Positions 55,655 through 64,000 of a DNA stretch of 64,000 nt are shown in pieces. The stretch spans positions 32,314 to 96,313 of the IMG/VR virus record IMGVR_UViG_2866048730_000001; one strand, written 5' to 3'. Made by a program: the position numbers and the translations under genes. The DNA is from a virus. Lineage: Duplodnaviria; Caudoviricetes. The notes under the pieces are model-generated. The model worked only from the letters and a program-made list of their open reading frames with translations. It had not been told where the DNA came from and searched no databases. Position 1 is the first letter of the stretch. The number at the start of each line of letters is the position of its first letter.

Positions 55655-56002
55655 ATGAAGTACCCCCGCACGCCAGAGGCAGAGAAGGCTGCCCGCGAGG
55701 TCGTCAACCGTTACGTCCGTCAGGGCGACATGCGCCGGGCCGACGCCAACCGGATCATGCGCGACGGCCTGCCGATCATCCTGAACGGCTTCGCCGAGGC
55801 CCGCATCAAGGGCAAGCCCGAGGCCGCCATCACCGCCGACCTTGAAGCCGCTCTCGCCGAGGCCAAGCAGCGTCAGGCCACAGCCAGGACCGCCACCCGA
55901 CGCCACATGGCGCTGCTGGACCTGTCCACCGCAGAGTTCGCCATCGCGGCATGGGAGGGCGTACGCCGCGACCTCGCCAACCACCTCGCCGCCCACTCCT
56001 GA
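55655..56002 (+). CDS. Phage hypothetical protein
   Basis: GGAG RBS then ATG 55655. Confidence 0.7.
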   Translation: MKYPRTPEAEKAAREVVNRYVRQGDMRRADANRIMRDGLPIILNGFAEARIKGKPEAAITADLEAALAEAKQRQATARTATRRHMALLDLSTAEFAIAAWEGVRRDLANHLAAHS

Positions 56003-56012
56003 CCGACGCAAA

Positions 56013-56075
56013 GGCGAAACCTCCGAAAGGAGGTCGGCGGGAGGCGGTCCCTCCCCCCTGACGATGCCAGCCCGC
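56013..56075 (+). ncRNA. Type II hammerhead ribozyme HH7 (extra U)
   Basis: GGC-GAAA-CCUCC(GAAA)GGAGG-UC, cut after 56035-bulged stem I-CUGACGA-U-GCC. Confidence 0.85.
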
Positions 56076-56097
56076 ATCGCTCGCAAGGAGTAACACC

Positions 56098-56286
56098 ATG
56101 ACGCGAATCGGCCCAGTGGCCCTCGACGCCCTGATGGTCGTCGCCCTCACCAGCGCCTTCTGGGTCCTCGTCGGTGAGGACCCAAGCACCGCGCAGTTCG
56201 CGGCTTCGACTGTCGGCGCGTTCCTCGTCCTGGAGGCGGTCCGGTCGCTGCGTCAGTACGTCGACCGTCGCACCGACGAGCGCTAA
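56098..56286 (+). CDS. Small two-TM membrane protein
   Basis: AAGGAG RBS; two hydrophobic segments. Confidence 0.7.
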   Translation: MTRIGPVALDALMVVALTSAFWVLVGEDPSTAQFAASTVGAFLVLEAVRSLRQYVDRRTDER

Positions 56287-56348
56287 TTCGTCCCGTCGCC
56301 GGGCCGGACGAACGGTCCGGCTGCCCCAGATCCTCAGCAAGGAGCAAC

Positions 56349-56891
56349 ATGCCCACCCTGTCCACTGCCATCCGGCCGACCGTCTGGATCGGCTGCCTTG
56401 CCTGCTACAACGCCGGTCGCCTGACCGGGGATTGGTACGACGCTGACATAGCGAACCTCGTCACCCCCGAAGACCTTCACGGTCGGCCGACCCTCCACGA
56501 GGAGCTGTGGGTCATGGACCACGAGGACTTCTGCGGCGCGCTGGAGGGCGAGTGCTCGCCGTCCGAGGCGGCCGAGATAGCCGAAGCCCTTAGCGAGCTC
56601 ACCCATGATGAGGCCGCCGCCTTCTCCGTCTGGGTGCGGGAGTGGGGCGAGTCCGGCGACCGCTCAGGGTGGGTCGACCGCTTCCGCAGCGAGTACCGCG
56701 GATTCCACGACAGCGAAGGGCACTTCGCCCAGGAGTGGGCCGAGGAAACCTCCGAGCCGGAGAACCGGGCCCGCATGTCGGTCTGGCCCTTCAACGCGAT
56801 CGACTGGGACTACGCCGCCCAGGAACTGTTCAGCGGCGGCTTCCATGCCGAGGAAGTGCTCGGCGGCGTCCACGTCTTTTGCCCGCGATGA
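56349..56891 (+). CDS. ardA: Antirestriction protein ArdA
   Basis: Same motifs as 4352-4903. Confidence 0.85.
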   Translation: MPTLSTAIRPTVWIGCLACYNAGRLTGDWYDADIANLVTPEDLHGRPTLHEELWVMDHEDFCGALEGECSPSEAAEIAEALSELTHDEAAAFSVWVREWGESGDRSGWVDRFRSEYRGFHDSEGHFAQEWAEETSEPENRARMSVWPFNAIDWDYAAQELFSGGFHAEEVLGGVHVFCPR

Positions 56892-57214
56892 ACACCGAAG
56901 CCTGTGTCGAGTGCGGGGACGTGCCCGAGCTGCTCGACGAAGACCTGACCTGCGGATTCTGCCGCATCAGCCTTTACCTGAAGGACTCCTTGATGAACAT
57001 GACCGTGAAGTTCCCCGTCGAGACCGTCACGCATGGTGAGATCGAGATCGACATCGACGTGCCCGAGGAGTTCCTCGACGAGGACGGCGAGCTTCGCGAC
57101 GAGGACGGTCTTCGCGACTGGCTCAACGACAACGAGCACGAGTGGTACGAGCTGGACCCCGTCTTCGAGGAGATCCAGTCGAAGGAAGTCATCGAGATCG
57201 CCAACGCCTTCTGA
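56888..57214 (+). CDS. Very acidic small protein
   Basis: Homolog of 4884-5228. Confidence 0.7.
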   Translation: MNTEACVECGDVPELLDEDLTCGFCRISLYLKDSLMNMTVKFPVETVTHGEIEIDIDVPEEFLDEDGELRDEDGLRDWLNDNEHEWYELDPVFEEIQSKEVIEIANAF

Positions 57215-57498
57215 TGACGAACATCCCCATGACCGACCGGATCAAGCACCTCGTCAACGAACTGGACGAGGCAGTCAAGACCATGCGCCAAGAGCCCGAG
57301 GACGGCCGCACCTGGTCCTGGGAAGACGAGCACGTCGCGGGACTGAACCTCGCCGATGCTGCCGAGGCCCTGATCCTCGCGCTCCCCGCCGCCATCTGGC
57401 CGCCCTCCTGGTTCAAGGAGGAGCCCGAGCAGGCCCGTCCCCTCACCCCCTACGAGAAGCAACTCGTCGACGAGCTGCTCGAACAGCTCGGTTCCTGA
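57214..57498 (+). CDS. Phage hypothetical protein
   Basis: TGATG coupling. Confidence 0.65.
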   Translation: MTNIPMTDRIKHLVNELDEAVKTMRQEPEDGRTWSWEDEHVAGLNLADAAEALILALPAAIWPPSWFKEEPEQARPLTPYEKQLVDELLEQLGS

Positions 57499-57549
57499 CC
57501 ACACCACCACGTTCACGGCGCCCGCCCCTGCGCGGGCGCCGACCGAAGG

Positions 57550-57873
57550 ATGCCCATGAGCGTCATGCAGTGCCGCGAGTGCGACCTCGCCCCGTACGCC
57601 GTCCGTCCCGACGCCCACTTCGCGTGCGACGAGTGCGGCCACCGGCTCGACAGCCGCGACTTCTACCTCGACCCGGATGAGGTCTGGTCCGTGGACGAGA
57701 CCGGGACCGTGCACGTCTTCCTCACCCCGGCCGCCTGCCTCAAGTGGCTCGACGACATCGCCGACCTGCACACGGGGGACTGGGCTACGGCTCAGCAGGC
57801 GCTCTGGCAGTACCGCCGCGCCACCGCCGGGCTCGTCGAGTCCCTCCGTGCCGGCCTGCCCCTCCCCGCCTGA
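57550..57873 (+). CDS. Zinc-ribbon hypothetical protein
   Basis: CREC...CDECG. Confidence 0.7.
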   Translation: MPMSVMQCRECDLAPYAVRPDAHFACDECGHRLDSRDFYLDPDEVWSVDETGTVHVFLTPAACLKWLDDIADLHTGDWATAQQALWQYRRATAGLVESLRAGLPLPA

Positions 57874-57894
57874 ACCACCCCAAGGAAATCGACC

Positions 57895-58443
57895 ATGAAC
57901 TACGACGCCACGTATGCATTCCCCGAGGGCGACCTGTACGTCACCATCCTCCCGGCAGTCACCAAGCAGGAGCGATGGGGCGACCAGGACCTGACGCTTC
58001 CCGAAGCCCGTATCGGGATCAGCTCCTCGCGCGACGAGAACCACGAACCGGGCTACGTGAAGATCCGCGGACGCGCGTACCGCGTCGCTTCCCGTCGCGA
58101 GCGGGCGCACGTCCGACGCGAGGCTCTGCTCCGTCGCAACGACCCGGACGCGTCTCTGTGGACCTACCAGAGCCCCCTTCGGCGCTGGGAGTTCACCAAC
58201 GACCGCGACCAAGAACTCTCCCACGGCACCGCCGCGAGGGAGCGACTCAGCGCCATGGTCAGGGAGGCCGCCGACCGCTTCGAGGCCGAGCATCCGGGAT
58301 GGAAGCTCATCAGCGAGCGCCTGGAGCTGGAGGACGATCTACGCAGCGCCGAGGTCGGCGTGGCCATAGCCCGCGACGACCTCGCGAAGGCCGAGGCCCG
58401 CGTCGCCTACGTGGCCGATCGTCTCGCGGCCCTCTCTGCCTAG
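57895..58443 (+). CDS. Phage hypothetical protein, C-terminal coiled coil
   Basis: AAGGA RBS. Confidence 0.75.
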   Translation: MNYDATYAFPEGDLYVTILPAVTKQERWGDQDLTLPEARIGISSSRDENHEPGYVKIRGRAYRVASRRERAHVRREALLRRNDPDASLWTYQSPLRRWEFTNDRDQELSHGTAARERLSAMVREAADRFEAEHPGWKLISERLELEDDLRSAEVGVAIARDDLAKAEARVAYVADRLAALSA

Positions 58444-58450
58444 GCCCGCC

Positions 58451-58651
58451 GTGACCACCCTGACCCCACCCACCAACGTCGTGCGCTGCGTCAAGTGCAT
58501 TGGCCCCATACGCCACATCGACCGCAAGCCCTACGAGTGCGCCGACTGCGGCCGAAATGTCTCCATGGCTGACGGCCTGATACGAGTCGGCTACCACTGG
58601 GAGATCGTCAACGACTGGCTCACCAGCGTCGAGACTGTGGACGTGGACTGA
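58451..58651 (+). CDS. Small zinc-ribbon protein
   Basis: Homolog of 5382-5645. Confidence 0.75.
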   Translation: MTTLTPPTNVVRCVKCIGPIRHIDRKPYECADCGRNVSMADGLIRVGYHWEIVNDWLTSVETVDVD

Positions 58652-59943
58652 TGTCTCTCACCCGCCTCGACACAGCCGGAGCGCTCGGCACCCCCGAACA
58701 GCTAGACCTCAGTGGCAAGACGCCCGAAGAGCTGGAAGAGATCGCCGCACCCTGGCCGGTCCACTGGCTCTTCCCGCCAAAGCCGGGAGACCCCGATCGC
58801 GTCATCAACCTATTTGCGGGCCCCGGGGGTTGGGACGTGGGTGTGCGCGACGTACTCCAACACGACCTCGACACCGTCGGCGTCGAAATGCACAAGGATG
58901 CCTCAGCCACCGCCCGCGCGGCAGGGTTCCGGCGGATCGTCGCCGACGTCCGCTCCCTCGACCCGAAACACCCCGCGCTGCGCTGGGTCCGTGGGCTGAT
59001 CGTCTCGGCCCCGTGCCAGTGCTGGACCCCGGCCGGCAAGAGGGCCGGGCAGGACCCGCGGAATCAGGACCTGCTGCTCGACGTGTTCACCGCAGCCTTC
59101 GAGGCGACGTTCGGGCACTGGCATGACAGCGCTGAATGTGGCCCCTGCGATGAAGCCGACATCTGCCTGATCTGTAGCGACCCCGACTGGGACGGCTACT
59201 CCGGCTTCACCGGGCCCCTGCTCACCCTCGACGAAGTGCGGGCCCCGATTGCCGAGATGACCGACGAGCGGATCGGCCTGCTCGCGGAGGTGCTGATCTG
59301 GGCTCTCACCCTGACCGCCCGGTGGGACAACCTCCGCTGGCTGGCCATGGAGCAGAGCTCGGCCTTGCCAGAGAACATCCTCGACGGAATACGTGAGGAA
59401 CTCTGGTCGGCGGACTGGTGCAGCGCGGAGTATCGCGTCCTGGACGCCGTGGACTACGGCCTCGCCTCACGTCGCAAGCGTGTCTTTCTCATGGCCGCCC
59501 GCCACTCCTACGTCGACATGAGCGCCCTCACCCCCAAGACCCCCCTCCCGACCACGACCGCTGCCGAGGCCCTCGACTGGCCCGCCGGCATCCGTGTCAA
59601 CACCCGGGGCGTCAGGCGGACGGCCGGAGGGAACTGCTGGAGCGCGGACAAGGCCGCCACAGGCATCACCTCGAAGATCCGCGGGTGGTACTGGGAGCAC
59701 GACAAGGACAGGAAGTTCAGCCTCGACGAGGCCGCGCTCCTGGTCGGCTTCCGCCCCGGCTATCCGTGGACCGGCTCCCGGTCGAGCTGCACACAGCAGA
59801 TCGGCGACGTGGTCGCTCCTCCGATGGGCGCCGTCGTGATTGGCAGCCTCCTGTCCCAGCACTGGGAGGACCAGCTCCGGCAGTACCTCGCCGAGATCTA
59901 CAACCACGAACCCGTACGGCCTGAGCACGCGCTCGCGGCCTGA
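58651..59943 (+). CDS. DNA (cytosine-5) methyltransferase
   Basis: LFAGPGG, PCQ, RKRVF; homolog of 6107-7357. Confidence 0.88.
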   Translation: MSLTRLDTAGALGTPEQLDLSGKTPEELEEIAAPWPVHWLFPPKPGDPDRVINLFAGPGGWDVGVRDVLQHDLDTVGVEMHKDASATARAAGFRRIVADVRSLDPKHPALRWVRGLIVSAPCQCWTPAGKRAGQDPRNQDLLLDVFTAAFEATFGHWHDSAECGPCDEADICLICSDPDWDGYSGFTGPLLTLDEVRAPIAEMTDERIGLLAEVLIWALTLTARWDNLRWLAMEQSSALPENILDGIREELWSADWCSAEYRVLDAVDYGLASRRKRVFLMAARHSYVDMSALTPKTPLPTTTAAEALDWPAGIRVNTRGVRRTAGGNCWSADKAATGITSKIRGWYWEHDKDRKFSLDEAALLVGFRPGYPWTGSRSSCTQQIGDVVAPPMGAVVIGSLLSQHWEDQLRQYLAEIYNHEPVRPEHALAA

Positions 59944-59959
59944 TCACCGAAGAGAGAAC

Positions 59960-60373
59960 ATGCGCGCCAACCTCCTGCTGATGCACTACGCCCGTAGCCC
60001 CCTCGACTGCCCCGCCTGCGAAGCCGACCGGCTCACATCGATGGCTGACGCCCGCATAGCCATCTGCGTCGCTTCCGGTGTGGCGATCGAGGACATCGAT
60101 CCCGCCACCGGATACAACCACTCCCGCGCCGCGTACGACCGTGCCCGTGCCTCCTGGATCGATGTGATCCGCCAGCACGGTGCGAGCGAGTTCCACGAAG
60201 TCCGCGACATCGCATGGGCCCGTGGACTGTGGGCCGAGAAGCGCCCCGAGTTCGTCGAGGGCGACGACTGGCTGACCGAAGCACTCGATGCGCACAAGGA
60301 GTTCATCGCCTCCCTCGGCCACCCCTGCCGCCGGACCTCCTGCCTTGTCCACTTCCCCGCCCCGACCCTCTGA
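59960..60373 (+). CDS. Phage hypothetical protein
   Basis: ORF in operon. Confidence 0.65.
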   Translation: MRANLLLMHYARSPLDCPACEADRLTSMADARIAICVASGVAIEDIDPATGYNHSRAAYDRARASWIDVIRQHGASEFHEVRDIAWARGLWAEKRPEFVEGDDWLTEALDAHKEFIASLGHPCRRTSCLVHFPAPTL

Positions 60374-60388
60374 TCTGCAAAGACCAAC

Positions 60389-60958
60389 ATGGACAACATC
60401 ATCGCGACCACGACCGACAACCGCTTCCGCGTGCGCCTGGTCCCCGACGAGTACGCCCGAAACCCGCGCGAGGACTTCGACCACCTGGCTCACGTGATCA
60501 CCATCGACACCCACCTGGGCCAGTACGCCCACATCGACAAGGACGGCGGGCCGTTCGCCGAAGCCTGGGACCGCGTGAGCTGGAACCGGTGGAGGGGTGT
60601 CGCGATCTTCACCCGTTGGGCCCGCATCTTCCACGGCGCCATCGTCATCGAGTCGCGGCCGGCACGCGGCCCCGTCTCCCTGTGGTACCTGCTGCGTGAG
60701 GACGCCGAAGACCTCGGGATGCTGCCCGAGGCATACCTCGACGCCGAGCGCACCGAGTACGAGGCGTGGGCCGAGGGCGACGTGTACGGCTACATCGTCG
60801 AAGAGGCCGTCGACTGGCTGCGGGCGGACGCGGACGACACCATGTCCACCTGGGAAGAAGTCGACTCCTGCTGGGGGCACTACGGCTATGGCTGGGCCGC
60901 CGCCCAGGCCCGCGCCGCACTCGAAGCCCATACGAGCAAGACGATGCTCGCCGCGTAA
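60389..60958 (+). CDS. Phage hypothetical protein
   Basis: WAEGDVYGYIVE...DSCWGHYG motif. Confidence 0.75.
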   Translation: MDNIIATTTDNRFRVRLVPDEYARNPREDFDHLAHVITIDTHLGQYAHIDKDGGPFAEAWDRVSWNRWRGVAIFTRWARIFHGAIVIESRPARGPVSLWYLLREDAEDLGMLPEAYLDAERTEYEAWAEGDVYGYIVEEAVDWLRADADDTMSTWEEVDSCWGHYGYGWAAAQARAALEAHTSKTMLAA

Positions 60959-60994
60959 TTCAGACCCCATTGATAGAGTTTACCTAGGAGTGAC

Positions 60995-61294
60995 ATGACT
61001 GCCAGTGCCACCACCAACTCGACCGGCTCGGAGCCGAGCCCGCGGATGCGGAAGGTCGCGGACGTGAAAGCCGGCCAGCGCGTCAAGGCCACCGGCAAGG
61101 ACACCAGGGGGTACACCGTGACCCGGGCCGGCCGCCTTCTGGCCGCGCCCAAGCGCGTGATGGCCCAGGACTGGGACAAGCGCATCAAGAAGTGGCGCCT
61201 GCATATCTCCGACGAGCCTGGCGCCATGCCCGCCCACCGCAACTCCCTGTCGCTTCCCATGGGCGCTGAAGTCGAGCTGCTCCCCGAAGCATGA
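60995..61294 (+). CDS. Phage hypothetical protein
   Basis: AGGAG RBS. Confidence 0.7.
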   Translation: MTASATTNSTGSEPSPRMRKVADVKAGQRVKATGKDTRGYTVTRAGRLLAAPKRVMAQDWDKRIKKWRLHISDEPGAMPAHRNSLSLPMGAEVELLPEA

Positions 61295-61647
61295 GGCACC
61301 AGCTCCGTAAGCGGCCCGAGCAGCGCCTCCAGTGTTTGCGCTGCCGGGCCGCCTTCATCGACGAAGCCTCCGCCAAGCGTTCGACATCCCCGTGCCCCGG
61401 CGAGCCGCTGGTGCACGGGTTCCTCGGGCAGCGTGAGCACATCGTCTACCCCACGTGGGCCAAGGACCGGTCATGCGAGGCGTGGGGCTGCCCCGACCCC
61501 GACCCATCCCACGCCTGGCACGGTCCGGACCCCTACTGCGACGAGAGCCCGTGTCCGACGTGCCTGCACGACTGCGACTGCGACGTGTGCGAGGGCCACG
61601 TCCGCGCGCCCGGCCTCTACCGCCTCATCGACAGCCGAGAAGGCTGA
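61291..61647 (+). CDS. Cys-rich hypothetical protein
   Basis: ATGA coupling; many Cys. Confidence 0.6.
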   Translation: MRHQLRKRPEQRLQCLRCRAAFIDEASAKRSTSPCPGEPLVHGFLGQREHIVYPTWAKDRSCEAWGCPDPDPSHAWHGPDPYCDESPCPTCLHDCDCDVCEGHVRAPGLYRLIDSREG

Positions 61648-61673
61648 CCACCCATCGGACAAGGAGTAACGGA

Positions 61674-62513
61674 ATGACCAGCACGACCGCCAAGCACCAG
61701 GACTTCGCCGACTGGATCAACCGCAAGGCCGTCCATGCCGGCCACCCGGTGAACGTCCCCCGGGCCAGCGGCGCCGCCAAGGTTGCCGCGGCCGTGGGAA
61801 CGACCCGCTCGTCCGTCGAGCGCATCCTCGCCGGGCACGGCATGCCCGCCTACCGGTTCTGGCCCCGGTGGGCCAAGGCCCTGAACGTCGAGTACATCGA
61901 GTTCGAGAGGCGGGCCAGCGCCGCCCTGAATGAGCGGGCGGAAGGCCCTACTGGCGAGCCGAGGCTCATCGGCCTGGCGGGCGCGGCCGGGGCAGGCAAG
62001 GACGAAGTGGGGCGCGCGCTCGCTGTAAAGGGCTGGAAGCGCAGGGCCTTCGCCGACAAGGTGAAGGACTTTCTCTACGTGATGAACCCGCTCCTCCCGG
62101 ACGAGGAAGACAACGGCGCGTACTCGCTGGCGGCTGATGTCGACGCCTTCGGGTGGGACGAGGTGAAGAAATACCCGGGCGTCCGCGAGCTCCTCCAGCG
62201 GTGTGGCACAGAGGCCGGCCGCCACATCCTCGGCCCCGATGTGTGGGTGAACGCCCTCTTCCAGGGTGAGGGGGAGTGGGACGCGCCGGTCGTCATCACC
62301 GACGTGCGCTTCCCGAACGAGGCGCGGGCCATCAAGGACCGGGGCGGCCTCGTAGTCGAGGTGCGCCGCCCCAAGCAGATCCTGATCAATGGGGCGGACC
62401 ACATCAGTGAGAACGCGTTGAAGGACTGGGACTTCGACGTCATCGTGCTCAACACGGGGACGATCGAGGATCTGCACAAGTCTGCGACGTGCCTCCTCCC
62501 CATCCGAATGTAA
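61674..62513 (+). CDS. HTH-fused deoxynucleoside monophosphate kinase
   Basis: N-terminal KVAAAVGTTRSSVERILAG; IGLAGAAGAGKD; ITDVRFPNE. Confidence 0.85.
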   Translation: MTSTTAKHQDFADWINRKAVHAGHPVNVPRASGAAKVAAAVGTTRSSVERILAGHGMPAYRFWPRWAKALNVEYIEFERRASAALNERAEGPTGEPRLIGLAGAAGAGKDEVGRALAVKGWKRRAFADKVKDFLYVMNPLLPDEEDNGAYSLAADVDAFGWDEVKKYPGVRELLQRCGTEAGRHILGPDVWVNALFQGEGEWDAPVVITDVRFPNEARAIKDRGGLVVEVRRPKQILINGADHISENALKDWDFDVIVLNTGTIEDLHKSATCLLPIRM

Positions 62514-62549
62514 GAGTTGATCCGACGAGGCCATTGAGATAGTGTCACT
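62509..62549 (+). promoter_or_regulatory. Promoter overlapped by two operator-like motifs
   Basis: TTGATC-17nt-TAGTGT. Confidence 0.6.
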
Positions 62550-62570
62550 GGTGTCGAAGGAGGAGAGCCC

Positions 62571-63041
62571 GTGACCAGCACGACGACATACCGCATCGGC
62601 CACCCGGTGGTCCTCGATGAACTGCCAGCCGGTACAGAGATACGCGACGCGGACGGGGACACCGGCACGAAGGTGCAAGACGGAGCCTGGAAGGTGATCG
62701 GCTTCCCGGTGGCACTGGACCCGGACTGGTTCAGATTCCCCGTCGAGGTCGTCAACCCGACCCCCGAGACAGCGTTGCTGGTAGCCGACTTCGCCGGCCT
62801 GCACCGGCTGCCCGACCTCATGGCCGAGCTCCGCAGCGTCGTCGCTGATATCCGAACGCTGCGCACGAGCCAGGAGGACAAGCTCGACGAGCTCCGCGAC
62901 GAGAACGGCGACGTCCCCAGCGGCAACCTCCGGCGCTGGGACGAGCTCCGGTACGACATCCACGTGGAGCAGGACTCCGACAAGCTCGCAGCCGTTCTGC
63001 GCCGACTGGAGCAGCTCGTCGACACCGAGGGCAGCGAGTGA
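62571..63041 (+). CDS. Phage hypothetical protein
   Basis: Homolog of 9246-9695. Confidence 0.75.
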   Translation: MTSTTTYRIGHPVVLDELPAGTEIRDADGDTGTKVQDGAWKVIGFPVALDPDWFRFPVEVVNPTPETALLVADFAGLHRLPDLMAELRSVVADIRTLRTSQEDKLDELRDENGDVPSGNLRRWDELRYDIHVEQDSDKLAAVLRRLEQLVDTEGSE

Positions 63042-63466
63042 GGCTCACCCCCCGCAAGGAGGAGGTCGAGGTGGTGAAGGCGCTCTTGGAGGACCCCTCC
63101 TTCGAGAGCGCCGATCAGATGGCCAAGGCGCTGATCAAGGAGATCGCCGAAGTCCTCCAGATGCGCGACTGGATCGCGCTCGTCCACACCTGGAGTGACG
63201 GAAGCCGCGGGCTGAACTGGGCGCCATTCGGCAATGCCGCCGAAGCCGAAGCCTTCGCGAAGAAGGTCTCGATCGGAGGGTCCGGCCGACTGGTCAAGCT
63301 CCACAGCCCCGGGGTCATGCTCGCCAACGTCGGCGGCAAGAAGGGCTGGAAGGGCTACTGCCAGCATCCCGACTGCGGCCATGCCCCCTTCACCCACTCG
63401 GCAGCAAGCGCCGCACGGGGCGCTTGCCAGATACCCACCTGCCCGTGCGACCGATTCCGCAAGTAG
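63038..63466 (+). CDS. Phage hypothetical protein
   Basis: Homolog of 9692-10120. Confidence 0.85.
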   Translation: MRLTPRKEEVEVVKALLEDPSFESADQMAKALIKEIAEVLQMRDWIALVHTWSDGSRGLNWAPFGNAAEAEAFAKKVSIGGSGRLVKLHSPGVMLANVGGKKGWKGYCQHPDCGHAPFTHSAASAARGACQIPTCPCDRFRK

Positions 63467-63482
63467 AGCAAGGACACCGGAC

Positions 63483-63719
63483 ATGACCATCAGGGCCGTC
63501 AAGTTTGTGAGCTGCGAGTGCGGCCACGGCCGCGCCTACCAGGACGAGCACACCGCCGCTAAGGCACTCGGGAGAGCCCAGGCGAAGCGTGACCGAGTCG
63601 GAGAACGCAAAGGCCACCGTCGCGGCTTGTATCGGGAGAACCGGTACTACCAGTGCGAACACGGTCTTTTCCACCTGACCGCGCTGTCCCGCTCCGAGTA
63701 CCTCGGAGCCGCCGCGTGA
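63483..63719 (+). CDS. Small basic zinc-binding protein
   Basis: Homolog of 10136-10372. Confidence 0.8.
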   Translation: MTIRAVKFVSCECGHGRAYQDEHTAAKALGRAQAKRDRVGERKGHRRGLYRENRYYQCEHGLFHLTALSRSEYLGAAA

Positions 63720-64000
63720 AGCACAGCGAGAAGGCGCTCGCGAACGGCTGGGGCTGGGTCCTCGGCGTCTCGGGCGAGGAGTGCCGGGTGTACTCGCGCC
63801 CCGCCCAGCAGGCTCCGGCGGAAGACCCGGCGGAGCTGCTCGGACGGGTCACGAAGCTCCTCGGCCTCGACGACCCGTCCCAGGTGCCGGCCGCCATCCG
63901 AACGCTCCAGGAAGACCGCAAGAAGGCCCTTGCCTCGGCGGCGACCGCCTGGAATGCCGTTCACGAGCTCACCCGGCGACCTTCCGGGGGTAAGGCGTGA
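63716..64000 (+). CDS. Phage hypothetical protein
   Basis: Homolog of 10369-10629. Confidence 0.7.
   Translation: MKHSEKALANGWGWVLGVSGEECRVYSRPAQQAPAEDPAELLGRVTKLLGLDDPSQVPAAIRTLQEDRKKALASAATAWNAVHELTRRPSGGKA

Larger units (their letters stand above)
12221..64000. mobile_element. Prophage B, R4-like/BD-like siphovirus, continues past window end
   Basis: Complete head, tail, lysis, replication and repressor modules plus an early operon paralleling prophage A up to the gene before xis. Confidence 0.85.

Noticed and set aside
52300-64000. Assembly duplication of 1-10600
   Set aside because: Proteins are clearly diverged and gene content differs

Overview
High-GC (Streptomyces-type) DNA that I read as two related but diverged temperate siphoprophages in tandem, similar in gene content to R4-like (cluster BD) phages. 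Positions 1-~12220 are the end of prophage A: control region, early operon, excisionase and tyrosine integrase. An attP-like junction at ~12130-12400 has a core (12221-12238) encoding FRFNV*, the C-terminus I recognise from YchF. Prophage B runs from ~12221 past the window end: accessory cassette (DapF, Ddl-like ligase, C39 peptidase, MurF C-domain) with an XRE/DUF5753 module, replication genes, repressor, lysis, tail, head, terminase, HNH, control region and a second early operon homologous to that of A. The strongest signals are at the RNA level. (1) Seven intergenic type II hammerhead ribozymes with intact cores, six of them punctuating the early operon of A. (2) An approximately 600-nt non-coding leader in both phages whose helices are conserved with compensatory changes, a candidate large structured RNA. 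(3) A 7-nt GGC-UUA-G-GGC insert in the terminase Walker A codons that fits bldA/UUA-controlled translational bypassing. All family assignments are from motif recognition by eye; no searches were run.
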